Source of the DNA: an uncultured delta proteobacterium
GTDB lineage: Bacteria; Myxococcota_A; Polyangia; Polyangiales; B10-G4
Length of the DNA stretch: 64,000 bases
Direction: 5' to 3'
Assembly: GCA_963727445.1 (NCBI GenBank)
Contig: CAVSGI010000016.1
Span: 19,778-83,777, forward strand
This document shows, piece by piece, positions 32,085-42,759 of the stretch. The notes beneath the pieces were generated by a model, which had not been told where the DNA came from, made no database searches, and was given only the letters and a program-made list of their open reading frames with translations. Positions within the stretch are counted from its first letter, which is position 1. Each line of letters opens with the position of its first letter. The translations under genes and the position numbers were made by a program.

Positions 32085-33368
32085 ATGGACCGCATCGACG
32101 ATCTGCGCGGCGCGGCCCGCCGTGCGCTCGAGCAGATGACGGACGCGCCCGAGCAACCCGCCGCGACCGTTCAGCGCGTCGTGATCGACGTGACCATCGG
32201 CGGGCGGACCGAGATGGTCACGATGAGCCTGCGGGACGGCGAGCTCAGCTGGAGCTCGAGCGACGGGCAGCGCCGCGGGCCGCACGTGGTGGAGGCGCTG
32301 CGCCTGCTCGCGGCGGGGGCCGCGCCCCTGCCCAAGGGCGTGCGGACCTCGCCCGGCGAGATCGCGGCGACCGAGACCGAGCCTCCGCCTCCGGCCGCGC
32401 GCGTCACCTCCGAGCAGCAGCGCCCGATGAAGCACGTCCTCGCCGACAACCTGGACGACCTGGTCACCGCCATCACCCGGGTCGGCGTCCGGGAGGCCCG
32501 GGAGTCGGCGACGGTGAAGGAGGCCATCGAGCGCCTGGCCCAGACCGTGGGTCAGCCGATGCCCCTCGGGGTCGCGCGCAGCCTCGGTCGGCTCCGCAGC
32601 GCCATGAGCCGCATGAACGTCGACCGGGTGGCCCGGAGCCTCGAGGAGGCCTGCCGTCTCGCCGACGACCTGCGCTCGACCGATCCGTCGGAGCGTTCGC
32701 GCCGTCGCGTCGTGTCCTTCCTCGGACCGGACGCGGCCCACCCACAAGACATCTCGCGGATCTCGCATCGCACCCTGGTCGAGGTGGGCCGCGAGTATCT
32801 CGCCGGGCTCGAGCGCGCCTACGTCGACCGCCGCTACCTCCTCTGCGCCGACTCGGGCGAGGTCTTCCGCGAGGAGCGGGGGCGCGGGGCACCGGCGGGC
32901 TCCGTCGGACCGTCGCCGCGGGTGCTCACGGTGGGGCTGGGAGAGGTCGCCGAATGCGCCGCGCCCCGCACCATCCGGCTCCTCCAGTACGCCGTCAGCA
33001 ATCAGGTCACCCGCGACGTCTCCATCCGCATCGACGAGGCGGCGAAGACGAACTTCAGCGACATCATCGATAGTTACCGGGAGAGTCTCGATCTGTTCCC
33101 AGCGCTGTCGGAGCCCTTCGTGGTCCTGGCTCCGCAGCGCATCGAGAGCGAGCCCGGCACCCACCTCCTGGATCGCGACGGCACCGCCATCCCGCTCTCC
33201 CGCGCCGACGGCCTGGGGCGCACCCAGGCGCTCCTCGAGATCCTGAACAGCCACCGGCTCGATTGGATCAGCGGTCGGCTCGTCGACGCCGAGGGCTCGC
33301 CCATCCTGATCCCGTGCAGCATCGGCTACCGCGACGACGGCGCGCGGCGCATCCGACGTCTGTCGTAG
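32085..33368 (+). CDS. Hypothetical protein
   Basis: Long ORF with GC3-rich codons, starting 7 nt after the HEAT gene stop. Confidence 0.7.
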   Translation: MDRIDDLRGAARRALEQMTDAPEQPAATVQRVVIDVTIGGRTEMVTMSLRDGELSWSSSDGQRRGPHVVEALRLLAAGAAPLPKGVRTSPGEIAATETEPPPPAARVTSEQQRPMKHVLADNLDDLVTAITRVGVREARESATVKEAIERLAQTVGQPMPLGVARSLGRLRSAMSRMNVDRVARSLEEACRLADDLRSTDPSERSRRRVVSFLGPDAAHPQDISRISHRTLVEVGREYLAGLERAYVDRRYLLCADSGEVFREERGRGAPAGSVGPSPRVLTVGLGEVAECAAPRTIRLLQYAVSNQVTRDVSIRIDEAAKTNFSDIIDSYRESLDLFPALSEPFVVLAPQRIESEPGTHLLDRDGTAIPLSRADGLGRTQALLEILNSHRLDWISGRLVDAEGSPILIPCSIGYRDDGARRIRRLS

Positions 33369-33375
33369 AGACGGT

Positions 33376-34881
33376 TCAGGCGCGCTTTCGGTAGGCGACG
33401 CCGGCCACGAGGAGGGCGAGGGTGATCGCCACGGCGAAGAGCGACTGGCTCGGCAGCGGGCCGTCGCCCCCCGCGAGGGCGAAGAGGGCGAAGGCGCCGG
33501 TGAGCACGCCGAAGGTGACGAGGCCGCGGGTGGCCGCTGCGCGAACGGCGAGGTGACGCCGAGCGAGGGTCTGCGCGCTGGACCAGACGCGTCGCAGGCG
33601 CCGGACGCCGAGGGTCAGCGCGCCGGCGCTCGCGAGCACGGCGGCCCCGGCGGCCACGACAGGCGCCTGATCGGCGGCGCGCGCCAGGATAGCCGTCGCG
33701 CCGGCGAAGGCGACCGTGACCAGGGCGAGGTCGATCGCGGCGAGGGGCCGCCGGCGCGCGAGGCTCTGCCGGGTCGCCACCGCTTCTTCGACGACGCCGC
33801 GGGGCATCACGGCGGTGGCTTCGGCGTTCGCAGGCGGCTCCACCGCGTCGTCTGCCTCTTCGTTCGGGATCTGGGCGGCGATCTCGTGGAGGCGCCGCTC
33901 GACCTCGCGCGCGTCACGGCAGCGTTGTCGAGGCTCGCGGGCCATGGCGTCTTCGACGAGGCAGATGAGCGCGATGGGCAGCGCGCGATCGAAGCCCGCG
34001 AGGGGGCGAGGAGGACCCGAGAGGAGGCGGGTGAGGCTCGCGGTCGCGTCCTTGGCCTCGAAGGGCGCGTGGCCGGTGAGCATCTTGTAGAGCACCGCGC
34101 CGAGGCCATAGACATCGGCCCGACCGTCGATGTCCTCGGCGCCGCGGGCCTGCTCCGGCGCCATGTAGGCCGGCGTGCCGACCACCGCGCCGGTGCGGGT
34201 GAGCTCGGGCGCGCCGAGGAGCTTGGCGACCCCGAAGTCGAGGAGCTTCACCGAGAGGCGCGCCCCCGGACGGGCCGCGAGGAAGACGTTCGAGGGCTTG
34301 AGGTCGCGGTGCACGATCCCGGCGCCGTGGGCCGCCGCGAGACCCCGCGCCATCTGACGCGCGATCTCGACAGCGTCCGCGAGGGGGAGGGCACCTTCGC
34401 GGGCGATGCGCTGTTGCAGATCCTCGCCCTCGAGCCGCTCGTAGACGATGCACGGCCGGTCGTCCTCGGTGCGCGTGACGTCGACCACGCTGACGACGTT
34501 GTCGGAGTCGACGAGCGCCGCGGCGCGGGCCTCGCGTTCGAAGCGCGCCACCGCGTCGCCGTTGTCGGCGTAGACGTCGTGGATCACCTTGACCGCGAGG
34601 CGCCGCGGCAGGCGTGTGTGCTCGGCTTCGTAGAGCCGCCCCATGCCGCCCTGAGCGAGGAGGCGCGTGATCCGGTAGCTGCCGGCGAGGATGCGTCCGA
34701 TGAGCGGGTCGAGGGGCTCGGGGCTCACGCCGAGGGGCGTGGCGTCACGGGGGCAGACCGCGTAGTCGGCGGGGAAGCGCTCACCGCAGGTAGCGCAGCG
34801 GACGCGGCCTATCCGGTGAAGGCCCGAGCCGCCTGCCTCGCCCTGGGCTTCGGAGTCCGCCCGCTGCTCCATCGCGCCCAC
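33376..34881 (-). CDS. Ser/Thr protein kinase with N-terminal Zn-ribbon-like motif and C-terminal TM helices
   Basis: CATC..CPRD, GGMG, AVK, HRDLKPSN, DFG, GTPAYMAPEQ. Confidence 0.94.
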   Translation of the reverse strand: MGAMEQRADSEAQGEAGGSGLHRIGRVRCATCGERFPADYAVCPRDATPLGVSPEPLDPLIGRILAGSYRITRLLAQGGMGRLYEAEHTRLPRRLAVKVIHDVYADNGDAVARFEREARAAALVDSDNVVSVVDVTRTEDDRPCIVYERLEGEDLQQRIAREGALPLADAVEIARQMARGLAAAHGAGIVHRDLKPSNVFLAARPGARLSVKLLDFGVAKLLGAPELTRTGAVVGTPAYMAPEQARGAEDIDGRADVYGLGAVLYKMLTGHAPFEAKDATASLTRLLSGPPRPLAGFDRALPIALICLVEDAMAREPRQRCRDAREVERRLHEIAAQIPNEEADDAVEPPANAEATAVMPRGVVEEAVATRQSLARRRPLAAIDLALVTVAFAGATAILARAADQAPVVAAGAAVLASAGALTLGVRRLRRVWSSAQTLARRHLAVRAAATRGLVTFGVLTGAFALFALAGGDGPLPSQSLFAVAITLALLVAGVAYRKRA

Positions 34882-35020
34882 CGTACCCGTGCCCGGTGAA
34901 TCGGTCAGGAAACTGGCGATTCACTCGGTGCGCACGTTCAGGGGTCCTCTGGCCGCATTCCTCGTGGGCCTGAGCCGTCTCCTCGCGCCAGCGGTGGCGT
35001 TCTGTCATACCCCACGCGCC

Positions 35021-35364
35021 ATGGACGACCGCGAGCACTACTACCACGCCCACGACCTCGGTCGCTTCGGTGAGATCGGCGACCACGCGCCCGAGCTCGC
35101 GAAGAAGTTCTTCGATTGGTACGACGCCGTCTTCGAGGAGGGCGCGCTCTCCCAGCGCGAAAAGGCCCTCATCGCCCTGGCCGTCGCCCACGCCATCCAG
35201 TGTCCCTACTGCATCGACGCCTACAGCCACGGCGCGCAGGAGAAGGGCGCCGACATGGAGCAGATGACCGAGGCGGTCCACGTCGCGGCCGCCATCCGCG
35301 GGGGCGCGTCGCTGGTCCACGGGGTCCAGATGCGCAACCACGCCGCCCGCCGGTCGATGGGCTG

Positions 35365-35365
<1 letters not shown>
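35021..35365 (+). CDS. AhpD/CMD-family peroxidase-like protein (arsS-associated type)
   Basis: KFFDWY, REKALIALAVAHAIQCPYCIDAY, AIRGGASLVHGVQM. Confidence 0.88.
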
Positions 35366-36417
<1,052 letters not shown>

Positions 36418-36420
36418 CGC

Positions 36421-37047
36421 TCAGAAGCTCGCGAAGTCACCTCCGACAGAGATGCTGAAGCCGACGAGATCGTCGACGTCGGGAGCGTAGAGCAGGGCCT
36501 TCACGTCGACGGGCCCGAAGCGGTACCCACCGCCGATGGCGAGGGCGAAGGAGCTGTCGCTGCTCGTGCCGCTCGCGCCGCCCCAGGCCGTCGATACGGA
36601 GCCGGAGGCGAAGCCAATCGTCGCCCCGAGCTCGGCCGTGATGAAAGGCGTCGGCCCGCCGTCACCGAAGAATCGGTACTCGCCGCCGAGCATCAGCGGC
36701 ACGAAGCCGAGGGTCACGTCGTTGGGCACGCCGAAGTGATGCAGGTAGCCGCCGCGAAAGGTGATGGCGACGTTCGGATGAAGGTCCCAGGCGAAGCGGA
36801 TGTCTCCGCCGATGGCGACGGCGGCGGCGCTCGCGTAGTCGCCGACCGGGATCACCAGGTTGGCCTGGGCGCCGAGACGAAAGCGAGCGGGGGGTGGCGT
36901 TTGCTCCACGGCGGTGACGGGCGCGCCCTCGGGCTTTTCGTCCGCGACGAGGACCGCGGTCTGCGCAGCAGCGACGGTGGGAGAGAGCGCGGCGAGGAGC
37001 GCGAAGAAGACGAGGGAAGGGATGGCGATGCGAGGGGATTCGATCAT
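36421..37047 (-). CDS. Outer-membrane beta-barrel protein
   Basis: Signal peptide (AAA-Q), alternating beta strands, terminal Phe; SD AAAGGAGGT. Confidence 0.7.
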   Translation of the reverse strand: MIESPRIAIPSLVFFALLAALSPTVAAAQTAVLVADEKPEGAPVTAVEQTPPPARFRLGAQANLVIPVGDYASAAAVAIGGDIRFAWDLHPNVAITFRGGYLHHFGVPNDVTLGFVPLMLGGEYRFFGDGGPTPFITAELGATIGFASGSVSTAWGGASGTSSDSSFALAIGGGYRFGPVDVKALLYAPDVDDLVGFSISVGGDFASF

Positions 37048-37079
37048 GGTGCGGAGCACCTCCTTTGCCGTCGTTCGTT

Positions 37080-37095
37080 TCCAAGATGCGTGCCG
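37080..37095 (-). promoter_or_regulatory. Putative sigma54 (-24/-12) promoter of the beta-barrel gene
   Basis: CGGCACG-CATC-TTGGA versus consensus TGGCACG-N4-TTGCW; about 33 nt upstream of the ATG. Confidence 0.55.
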
Positions 37096-37193
37096 CGGCG
37101 GGATGGGGCCGAAAAGCGCGTCCATCCCTCGGTCGTCCGCGATCCGGCGCGCCGGAACGGCGCGACTGCGCCGAAGCGGCGCTTCGCGCGCGC

Positions 37194-38642
37194 TTACTTC
37201 TTCCGCGGGCGGTCGATGCCGTACGCGTCGAGGCGCTTGACGAAGGTGCGCCGCGGCATGCCGAGGAGCTTCGCCGCTTGCGTCTGATTGCCGTCGCACT
37301 TCTCGAGCGCCTCTTCGATGCGTCGCTTCTCGAGCGCCGCCATCTCCTCTTCGAGGGTCTGCGGCGCCGACGCGCCGACGCCGGGGAGCGGCTGGCTGGG
37401 AGCGGGCGCGCTGGCGATGGCCTGGCTCGCCGGATGGCTGACCTCGGGCGGAAGGTGATCGGGGAGGATGGGGCCGCTGCCGGCGAGCACCACCGAGCGC
37501 TCGATGGCGTTGCGGAGCTCGCGCACGTTGCCCGGCCAGTCGTGGGCCTCGAGGAGCGCCAGGGTGCCCGGCGCCAGATCCGGCGCGGGGCCAGCGCCGC
37601 TCACGCCTTTCACGAAGCGCTTCGCCAGCGGCGCGATCTCGGACTTCCGGGCGCGGAGCGGAGGGATCTCGAGGCTGATCCCGTTGAGCCGATAGAAGAG
37701 GTCCAGCCGGAAGCGTCCGGCCTCGCATTCGTGGCGCAGGTCGCGGTTGGTGGCAGCGATGAAGCGGACGTCGATGGAGCGCGGCTCGAGGCTGCCGACG
37801 CGCATCACTTTCCGCTCCTCGAGGACGCGCAGGAGCTTGGCCTGGATGGCGGGGGAGAGCTCGCCGACCTCGTCGAGGAAGACCGTGCCGCCCGCAGCTG
37901 CCTCGAGCAGGCCGGGCTTGTCCTTCATCGCGCCGGTGAAGGCGCCGCGCACGTGTCCGAAGAGCTCGGACTCGACCAGATTCTCGCTGAGCGCGGAGCA
38001 GTTGAGCTTGAGGTAGGGCCCGTTGCGCCGCGCCGACGACTCGTGGATCGCCTGGGCGATCACCTCCTTGCCGACACCGGTCTCGCCGAGGAGGAGGACC
38101 GACAGCTCCGAGGGCGCGATGCGCTCGACCATCCCGTAGAGCCGCTCCATCGCCGGGTCTCGGACGACGGGCGGCCCACCCGGTGTGAGGCTCGGGCGCT
38201 CTTCGCCCTCGGTGCGCGTCGCCCCCACCGCCGGCAGCATCGACGGCTGATGCAACACCACCACGACCGAGCCGAGCTCCACCGCCTGGCCGACCTCCAC
38301 CGGCGTGAGCTCGCCGGGGGTGAGCGGGCGCTGCCCCACGCGGACGCCGTTGGCGCTCCCCAAGTCCCGAATCGCCGGCTGCGTCCGTCCGGTGACGAGC
38401 TCGGCGTGTTTGCGCGAGATGGATGCCTCGTCGATCTGGATGTCGACGTCGCTCGCGCGTCCGATGATCACCTCGCCGGCGCGCGGCAGCGCATGCACCA
38501 CGCCGCCGCCCGGCCCCACCACCAGAAGGCAGAGCCCCGGATCCTCGGTGGGCTCCGCGAGCTTCGCCGTCTCGTCGTCGAGAGCGATCCCCTTCCGTTC
38601 GTCACCCACCGCGCCGAATCTTAGCGCACGGATTTCATTCAT
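37194..38642 (-). CDS. FHA-domain sigma54 enhancer-binding protein
   Basis: FHA (IGR..ISRKHA..DLGSANG), GETGVGKE, GAFTGA, LDEVGE, WPGNVREL, Fis HTH. Confidence 0.95.
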   Translation of the reverse strand: MNEIRALRFGAVGDERKGIALDDETAKLAEPTEDPGLCLLVVGPGGGVVHALPRAGEVIIGRASDVDIQIDEASISRKHAELVTGRTQPAIRDLGSANGVRVGQRPLTPGELTPVEVGQAVELGSVVVVLHQPSMLPAVGATRTEGEERPSLTPGGPPVVRDPAMERLYGMVERIAPSELSVLLLGETGVGKEVIAQAIHESSARRNGPYLKLNCSALSENLVESELFGHVRGAFTGAMKDKPGLLEAAAGGTVFLDEVGELSPAIQAKLLRVLEERKVMRVGSLEPRSIDVRFIAATNRDLRHECEAGRFRLDLFYRLNGISLEIPPLRARKSEIAPLAKRFVKGVSGAGPAPDLAPGTLALLEAHDWPGNVRELRNAIERSVVLAGSGPILPDHLPPEVSHPASQAIASAPAPSQPLPGVGASAPQTLEEEMAALEKRRIEEALEKCDGNQTQAAKLLGMPRRTFVKRLDAYGIDRPRKK

Positions 38643-40510
38643 GGTGCGTCCACCGTGACCCGCGTGGTCTCGCCCGAGCGAACCACCACGCTTCGACGGA
38701 TCGGAGCACCGTCGCCGAAGGGACGGATCACGACGCGATGGCGCCCCGGGGGAAGCGTGAGCTCGCGGGGCGTGTCGCCACGCTGGCTGCCGTCGACCAC
38801 GAAGGTGCCCCAGCCGCCGCGCACGCCGAGGGAGAGACGACCGGGGGAGGGGGAAGGCGGCGTCGGAGGTGGGGTCGCCGCCATGTGAGACGGCAGGTTC
38901 TCAGGCGACGGATCGGGCTCCCTTTGTGTCGATTGGGCGGGGTGCGGCTGAACGTGCTCACGGGGTGCGTCGGTAGAAGCGGACGCGGGCGGAGTTGGCC
39001 GCGGCGACGGCGTCGGCGACGGTGACCGAGACTGACTCGGAGGCGGCGTCGGAGCTGGAGACGGACCCGGAGACGGCGTCGGAGACGGCGAAGGCCGGGT
39101 CGCGAAGAACGCCGCCCCACCGACGGCGGCGAGCAGCACGACGGCGGCGAGAGCGATGATCGCGCTGCGCGGCTTGCCGTGCGTGGGGAGCACGACCGAC
39201 TCCGTTTGATAGGCGGCGGGGCGGGTGGAGTGGACCGGAGCGGGGTCGGCGCGCTGAGCAGGGCTCGCCACGGGCGCCTCCGGCGCCGGTTCGGCCTCCG
39301 AAGCGGTCGGCGCGGGAGGCAGCCGCTCGATGGCCGTCTCCAAAGTGGTCGGCTTCGGCCGCTCACCCATGCCCCCCTCGCGCAGCGTGTCCATCCCTTC
39401 GCGCGCCTTCGCGCGGATGTCGCTCCCCTCCTCGACCGCGGTGGGGACCATGTCGGCTTCGACGCGCGCGAAGCGCTCGGTGTCGGGGACGCGCTCGATG
39501 CGAGTTCCGCTGCGGGCCGCGTCAATCATTCGCTGCTTGGCCTCGCGATGCTCGGCGAAGAGGCTCTCCATCCACTCGGCCAGCTCCGCCATGCCCATCA
39601 CTTCGCCGGTCGACGCGACCACCCGGCGGAGCGCACGACCGAGCTCGCGGGCGCTCTTTGGCCTCTCGGCGGGGTCGCGACTCAGGGCGCTGGCGACGAC
39701 GTCGTCGAGGCCCGGAGGCAGGTTGGGCGCAAAGGTCGAGACCGCGGGGATGAAGCCCGTCAGGACGGCGTCGATGGTCTTGCCCTGGCTCTCCCGCCGG
39801 AAGAGGCGACGGCAGGCGAGAAGCTCCCAGAGCGTGACGCCGATCGCCCACAGGTCCGCGCGGCGGTCGAGGTCGTCGCCGCGAAGCTGCTCGGGCGGCA
39901 TGTACGCGACCTTGCCCTTGATCGTGCCGGACAAGGTCTTGTGCAGGCGCCCGGCTGCGCGCGCGATCCCGAAATCCACCACGCGCACGCCGCCGTCGTA
40001 GGTGACGAAGATGTTGTGCGGGGACACGTCGCGATGGACGACGTTCAGCGGGGTGCCGTCATCGCCGCGGAGCTCGTGCGCGACGTGCAGCCCCTCGCAC
40101 GCCGCGGCGAGGATCGTGGTCACGAGGATGGGGTAGAGGTGGGTGGCCCGCGCTTGTGGCTGTGTCGCGACACGGCCGAGCACCGAAGCCAGTGACTCGC
40201 CGTGGAGGTAGTCCATCGCGAGATAGAAGGTCCCCGCCTCCTCACCGACGTCGAAGACGCTGCCCACGTTGGCGTGGGTGATGCGCGAGGCGATGCGCGC
40301 CTCGTCGAGGAACATCTCGATGAACTCGCTCTGTGTGGCGAGACGGGGGTGAACGACCTTGAGGGCGACGAGCTTGTCGAAGCCCGCGGGACCGGTGGCG
40401 CGGGCGAGATAGACCGTCGCCATGCCGCCCGAGGCGAGCTTCGCGCAGATCTCGTAGCGGCCCAGACGCCGGCCGACCGCCAGCTCCTGGTCTTCGGCGA
40501 GGGCGTTCAC
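38639..40510 (-). CDS. Membrane Ser/Thr kinase with Pro-rich linker and PEGA-like C-terminus
   Basis: GGMATVY, HRDVSPHN, DFGIA, KGKVAYMPPEQ, TM, VDG..RGDTPRELTLPPGRH. Confidence 0.93.
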   Translation of the reverse strand: MNALAEDQELAVGRRLGRYEICAKLASGGMATVYLARATGPAGFDKLVALKVVHPRLATQSEFIEMFLDEARIASRITHANVGSVFDVGEEAGTFYLAMDYLHGESLASVLGRVATQPQARATHLYPILVTTILAAACEGLHVAHELRGDDGTPLNVVHRDVSPHNIFVTYDGGVRVVDFGIARAAGRLHKTLSGTIKGKVAYMPPEQLRGDDLDRRADLWAIGVTLWELLACRRLFRRESQGKTIDAVLTGFIPAVSTFAPNLPPGLDDVVASALSRDPAERPKSARELGRALRRVVASTGEVMGMAELAEWMESLFAEHREAKQRMIDAARSGTRIERVPDTERFARVEADMVPTAVEEGSDIRAKAREGMDTLREGGMGERPKPTTLETAIERLPPAPTASEAEPAPEAPVASPAQRADPAPVHSTRPAAYQTESVVLPTHGKPRSAIIALAAVVLLAAVGGAAFFATRPSPSPTPSPGPSPAPTPPPSQSRSPSPTPSPRPTPPASASTDAPREHVQPHPAQSTQREPDPSPENLPSHMAATPPPTPPSPSPGRLSLGVRGGWGTFVVDGSQRGDTPRELTLPPGRHRVVIRPFGDGAPIRRSVVVRSGETTRVTVDAP

Positions 40511-41403
40511 AGCGAGACGCCCGGGAGGCTGGGCGTGGTGTCGTCGCTCGGGACCGCGAGGGCCACGATGATCGCCAAGAGAGCAACCGTGATCACGGCG
40601 CCGCCGACGATGAACGGCCACACGGGCAGACCGTCGTCGCCCTCGGGAGGCGGGACGTCCTCGAGGGGCTCCGCCTCGTCGCTGCCGCTCGTCGGCACGT
40701 GAGGAGCGTTCGCGCGCGCGTTCGAGGTCGGCGTCGTGCCGGCGGCGTGCGCGGGCTGCGGGAGCTCGGACGCCGCCAGGACTTCGGGCGTCTCTTCGGA
40801 GCCGACCGCGGCCAGCGGAGCGCCGCCGGGTCCGAGGGCCCGCACGAAGTAGCTCACGCCCTGAGTCGGCGCGGCCTGGACGCGGACCTCGGCGCCTTCG
40901 TGCGTCACGTACGCCGCGTTGCCCACCCGCGCGGAGACGACGAGGCGCGTGACGAGCGACCCGGCATCGCCCGTGGCGTGGCTGGTCACCACCACCGCAT
41001 CGCCGCTGCGCTCGGCGCTCGCCTCGACCGCGAGCGGCGCGGCGCCTTGCATGGCTTCGCGCAGTCGACGGGCCAGGCGTGGCGGGATCTGGCGTGAGGG
41101 GGTGTAGTCCGGGGCGATCGACGCGAGGCCTCGCGCCGCCTGGGTGAAGGCCTCGTCGTCGCGCTGCCCGTGGTGAACGATGGCGCGCCCCTCGAGGAGG
41201 GCCACCAGGTCGTCCTTGGTGAGGTCGGAGGAAGCGGCGGCGCGGTCGAAGGCGGCGAGCGCTTCGCCGAAGCGCGCCTCGAGGGCGAGGCGGCGCCCCT
41301 CCGCGATCGCATCTGCGCCACCGCCCGACGCCGACGCTCGTCCCGGCGCGAGGACCGAGACGAGCAGCGTGAAGAGCAGCGTGATTGGCACGGCGATTCG
41401 CAA
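40507..41403 (-). CDS. Exported TPR-like protein with C-terminal membrane anchor
   Basis: Signal peptide, [13 protein letters not shown] helix, C-terminal WPFIVGG hydrophobic segment; overlaps the kinase start. Confidence 0.65.
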   Translation of the reverse strand: MRIAVPITLLFTLLVSVLAPGRASASGGGADAIAEGRRLALEARFGEALAAFDRAAASSDLTKDDLVALLEGRAIVHHGQRDDEAFTQAARGLASIAPDYTPSRQIPPRLARRLREAMQGAAPLAVEASAERSGDAVVVTSHATGDAGSLVTRLVVSARVGNAAYVTHEGAEVRVQAAPTQGVSYFVRALGPGGAPLAAVGSEETPEVLAASELPQPAHAAGTTPTSNARANAPHVPTSGSDEAEPLEDVPPPEGDDGLPVWPFIVGGAVITVALLAIIVALAVPSDDTTPSLPGVSL

Positions 41404-41444
41404 GAGGGCCTCCGATGGCCGTTCGGATTCTACAATGGAGCGAC

Positions 41445-42146
41445 TCAGAGGGGCGACAGCTCGAAGACGTCGGCGTCGCCTTGCTCGCCATAGATGATGG
41501 TGTCGCCGTCGCGGCAGTAGTCGTAGATGCGGCCGCCGTCGGTGATCAGGCTGTTTCCTTCGAGGTGATAGCCGTCGGCCTCGCTCTCGGCCGCCGTGCG
41601 GCTCAGCGTGCAGTCACAGCCCCCCGCGGCGGTGTCGGTGCACGAGGCATCTCCTCCGGAGGCGAGCAGGCCCGCGAGCATGGCGCAGCCGAGGACGTTG
41701 CAGCTCGCCGGGATCCCAATCGACGCCTCGGTGCTCACGGTCGACTCGCGCTCGACGGTGAAGGCATCGATGCGCACGACGCCGGAGGCGGTCGCCGTGG
41801 CGTCGATGGTGGCGGCCGGGCAGGCGTCGCGGACGTCGGAGAGGTCCACCTGGACGCATCCGTCGGTGTAGGCCCAGGTCCCGACCACGTCGCCGCCGCA
41901 GGGGGTGAAGCCCTCGCATGCGGCGGAGAGCGTCACGTCGATGGTGGGCGCCGTGGGCAGGGGCGTAGCGCCGCCGCCGTCGGCCATCATCGCGCCGCCC
42001 GCGTCGTCATCGGGGAGGGTGCTGTCGCCGTCGGAATGGCGCGTGCCGCCGTCGGGGCTTGTGCTCGCAGGCGCGTTGGACTGCTGACAGGCGAGGAGAC
42101 CGAGAGCGAGGAGCGAAGCGAAGAGGGGAGACTGAATTCGGACCAT
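41445..42146 (-). CDS. Cys-rich lipoprotein
   Basis: LLA-C lipobox; [10 protein letters not shown] and YDYC motifs. Confidence 0.75.
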   Translation of the reverse strand: MVRIQSPLFASLLALGLLACQQSNAPASTSPDGGTRHSDGDSTLPDDDAGGAMMADGGGATPLPTAPTIDVTLSAACEGFTPCGGDVVGTWAYTDGCVQVDLSDVRDACPAATIDATATASGVVRIDAFTVERESTVSTEASIGIPASCNVLGCAMLAGLLASGGDASCTDTAAGGCDCTLSRTAAESEADGYHLEGNSLITDGGRIYDYCRDGDTIIYGEQGDADVFELSPL

Positions 42147-42187
42147 GGGTGGGTTCCTCCGTGGGTGGGTAGGTGCAGGACGCACAG

Positions 42188-42203
42188 AGCGAAGCGCGTG
42201 CCA
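42188..42203 (-). promoter_or_regulatory. Putative sigma54 promoter
   Basis: TGGCACG-CGCT-TCGCT, one mismatch to consensus, about 42 nt upstream of ATG 42146. Confidence 0.7.
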
Positions 42204-42344
42204 TGCGCGAAAACCCGGACAAGACGGTCTCCTCACCGGAGGTTGTGCCGCTTGGGCGCGAGCCTGGCGCGGCCGGTTGAGCCGAGCGGGCACGACCTGC
42301 CTCGGTGGTTGACGTGCTCCCACCCCGGCCGCTACATCCCTGTC

Positions 42345-42754
42345 ATGGCGGACCGCAAGGTACGGATTCTGGTCGCGAAACCCGGCCTCGACGGCCACGA
42401 TCGCGGAGCGAAGGTCGTGGCGCGGGCCCTCAGGGACGCGGGCTTCGAGGTGATCTACACGGGCCTTCACCAGACGCCGGAGATGATCGCGGCCGCGGCC
42501 GTGCAGGAGGACGTCGACGTCGTCGGCCTGTCGATCATGAGCGGCGCCCACAACACGCTCTTCCCGGCGGTGATGGACGCGCTCAAGGAGCGCGGCGCCG
42601 ACGACATCGCGCTCTTCGGCGGCGGGATCATCCCCGAAGAGGACGTCGAGGCGCTCCGAAGGCCAAAGGGGTCAAGGGCCTCTTCACGCCCGGCACGCCC
42701 CTGGCCGAGATCATCCAATGGGTCCACGACAACGTGACCCCGAGGCAGGCGTAG
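42345..42754 (+). CDS. Cobalamin-binding subunit of acyl-CoA mutase (frameshift near 42660)
   Basis: [28 protein letters not shown], then [10 protein letters not shown]. Confidence 0.92.
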
Positions 42755-42759
42755 ACGAG

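Noticed and set aside
39000..39095. Short GACGGCG(T/A) repeats
   Set aside because: They encode the Pro/Ser/Thr linker of the kinase.
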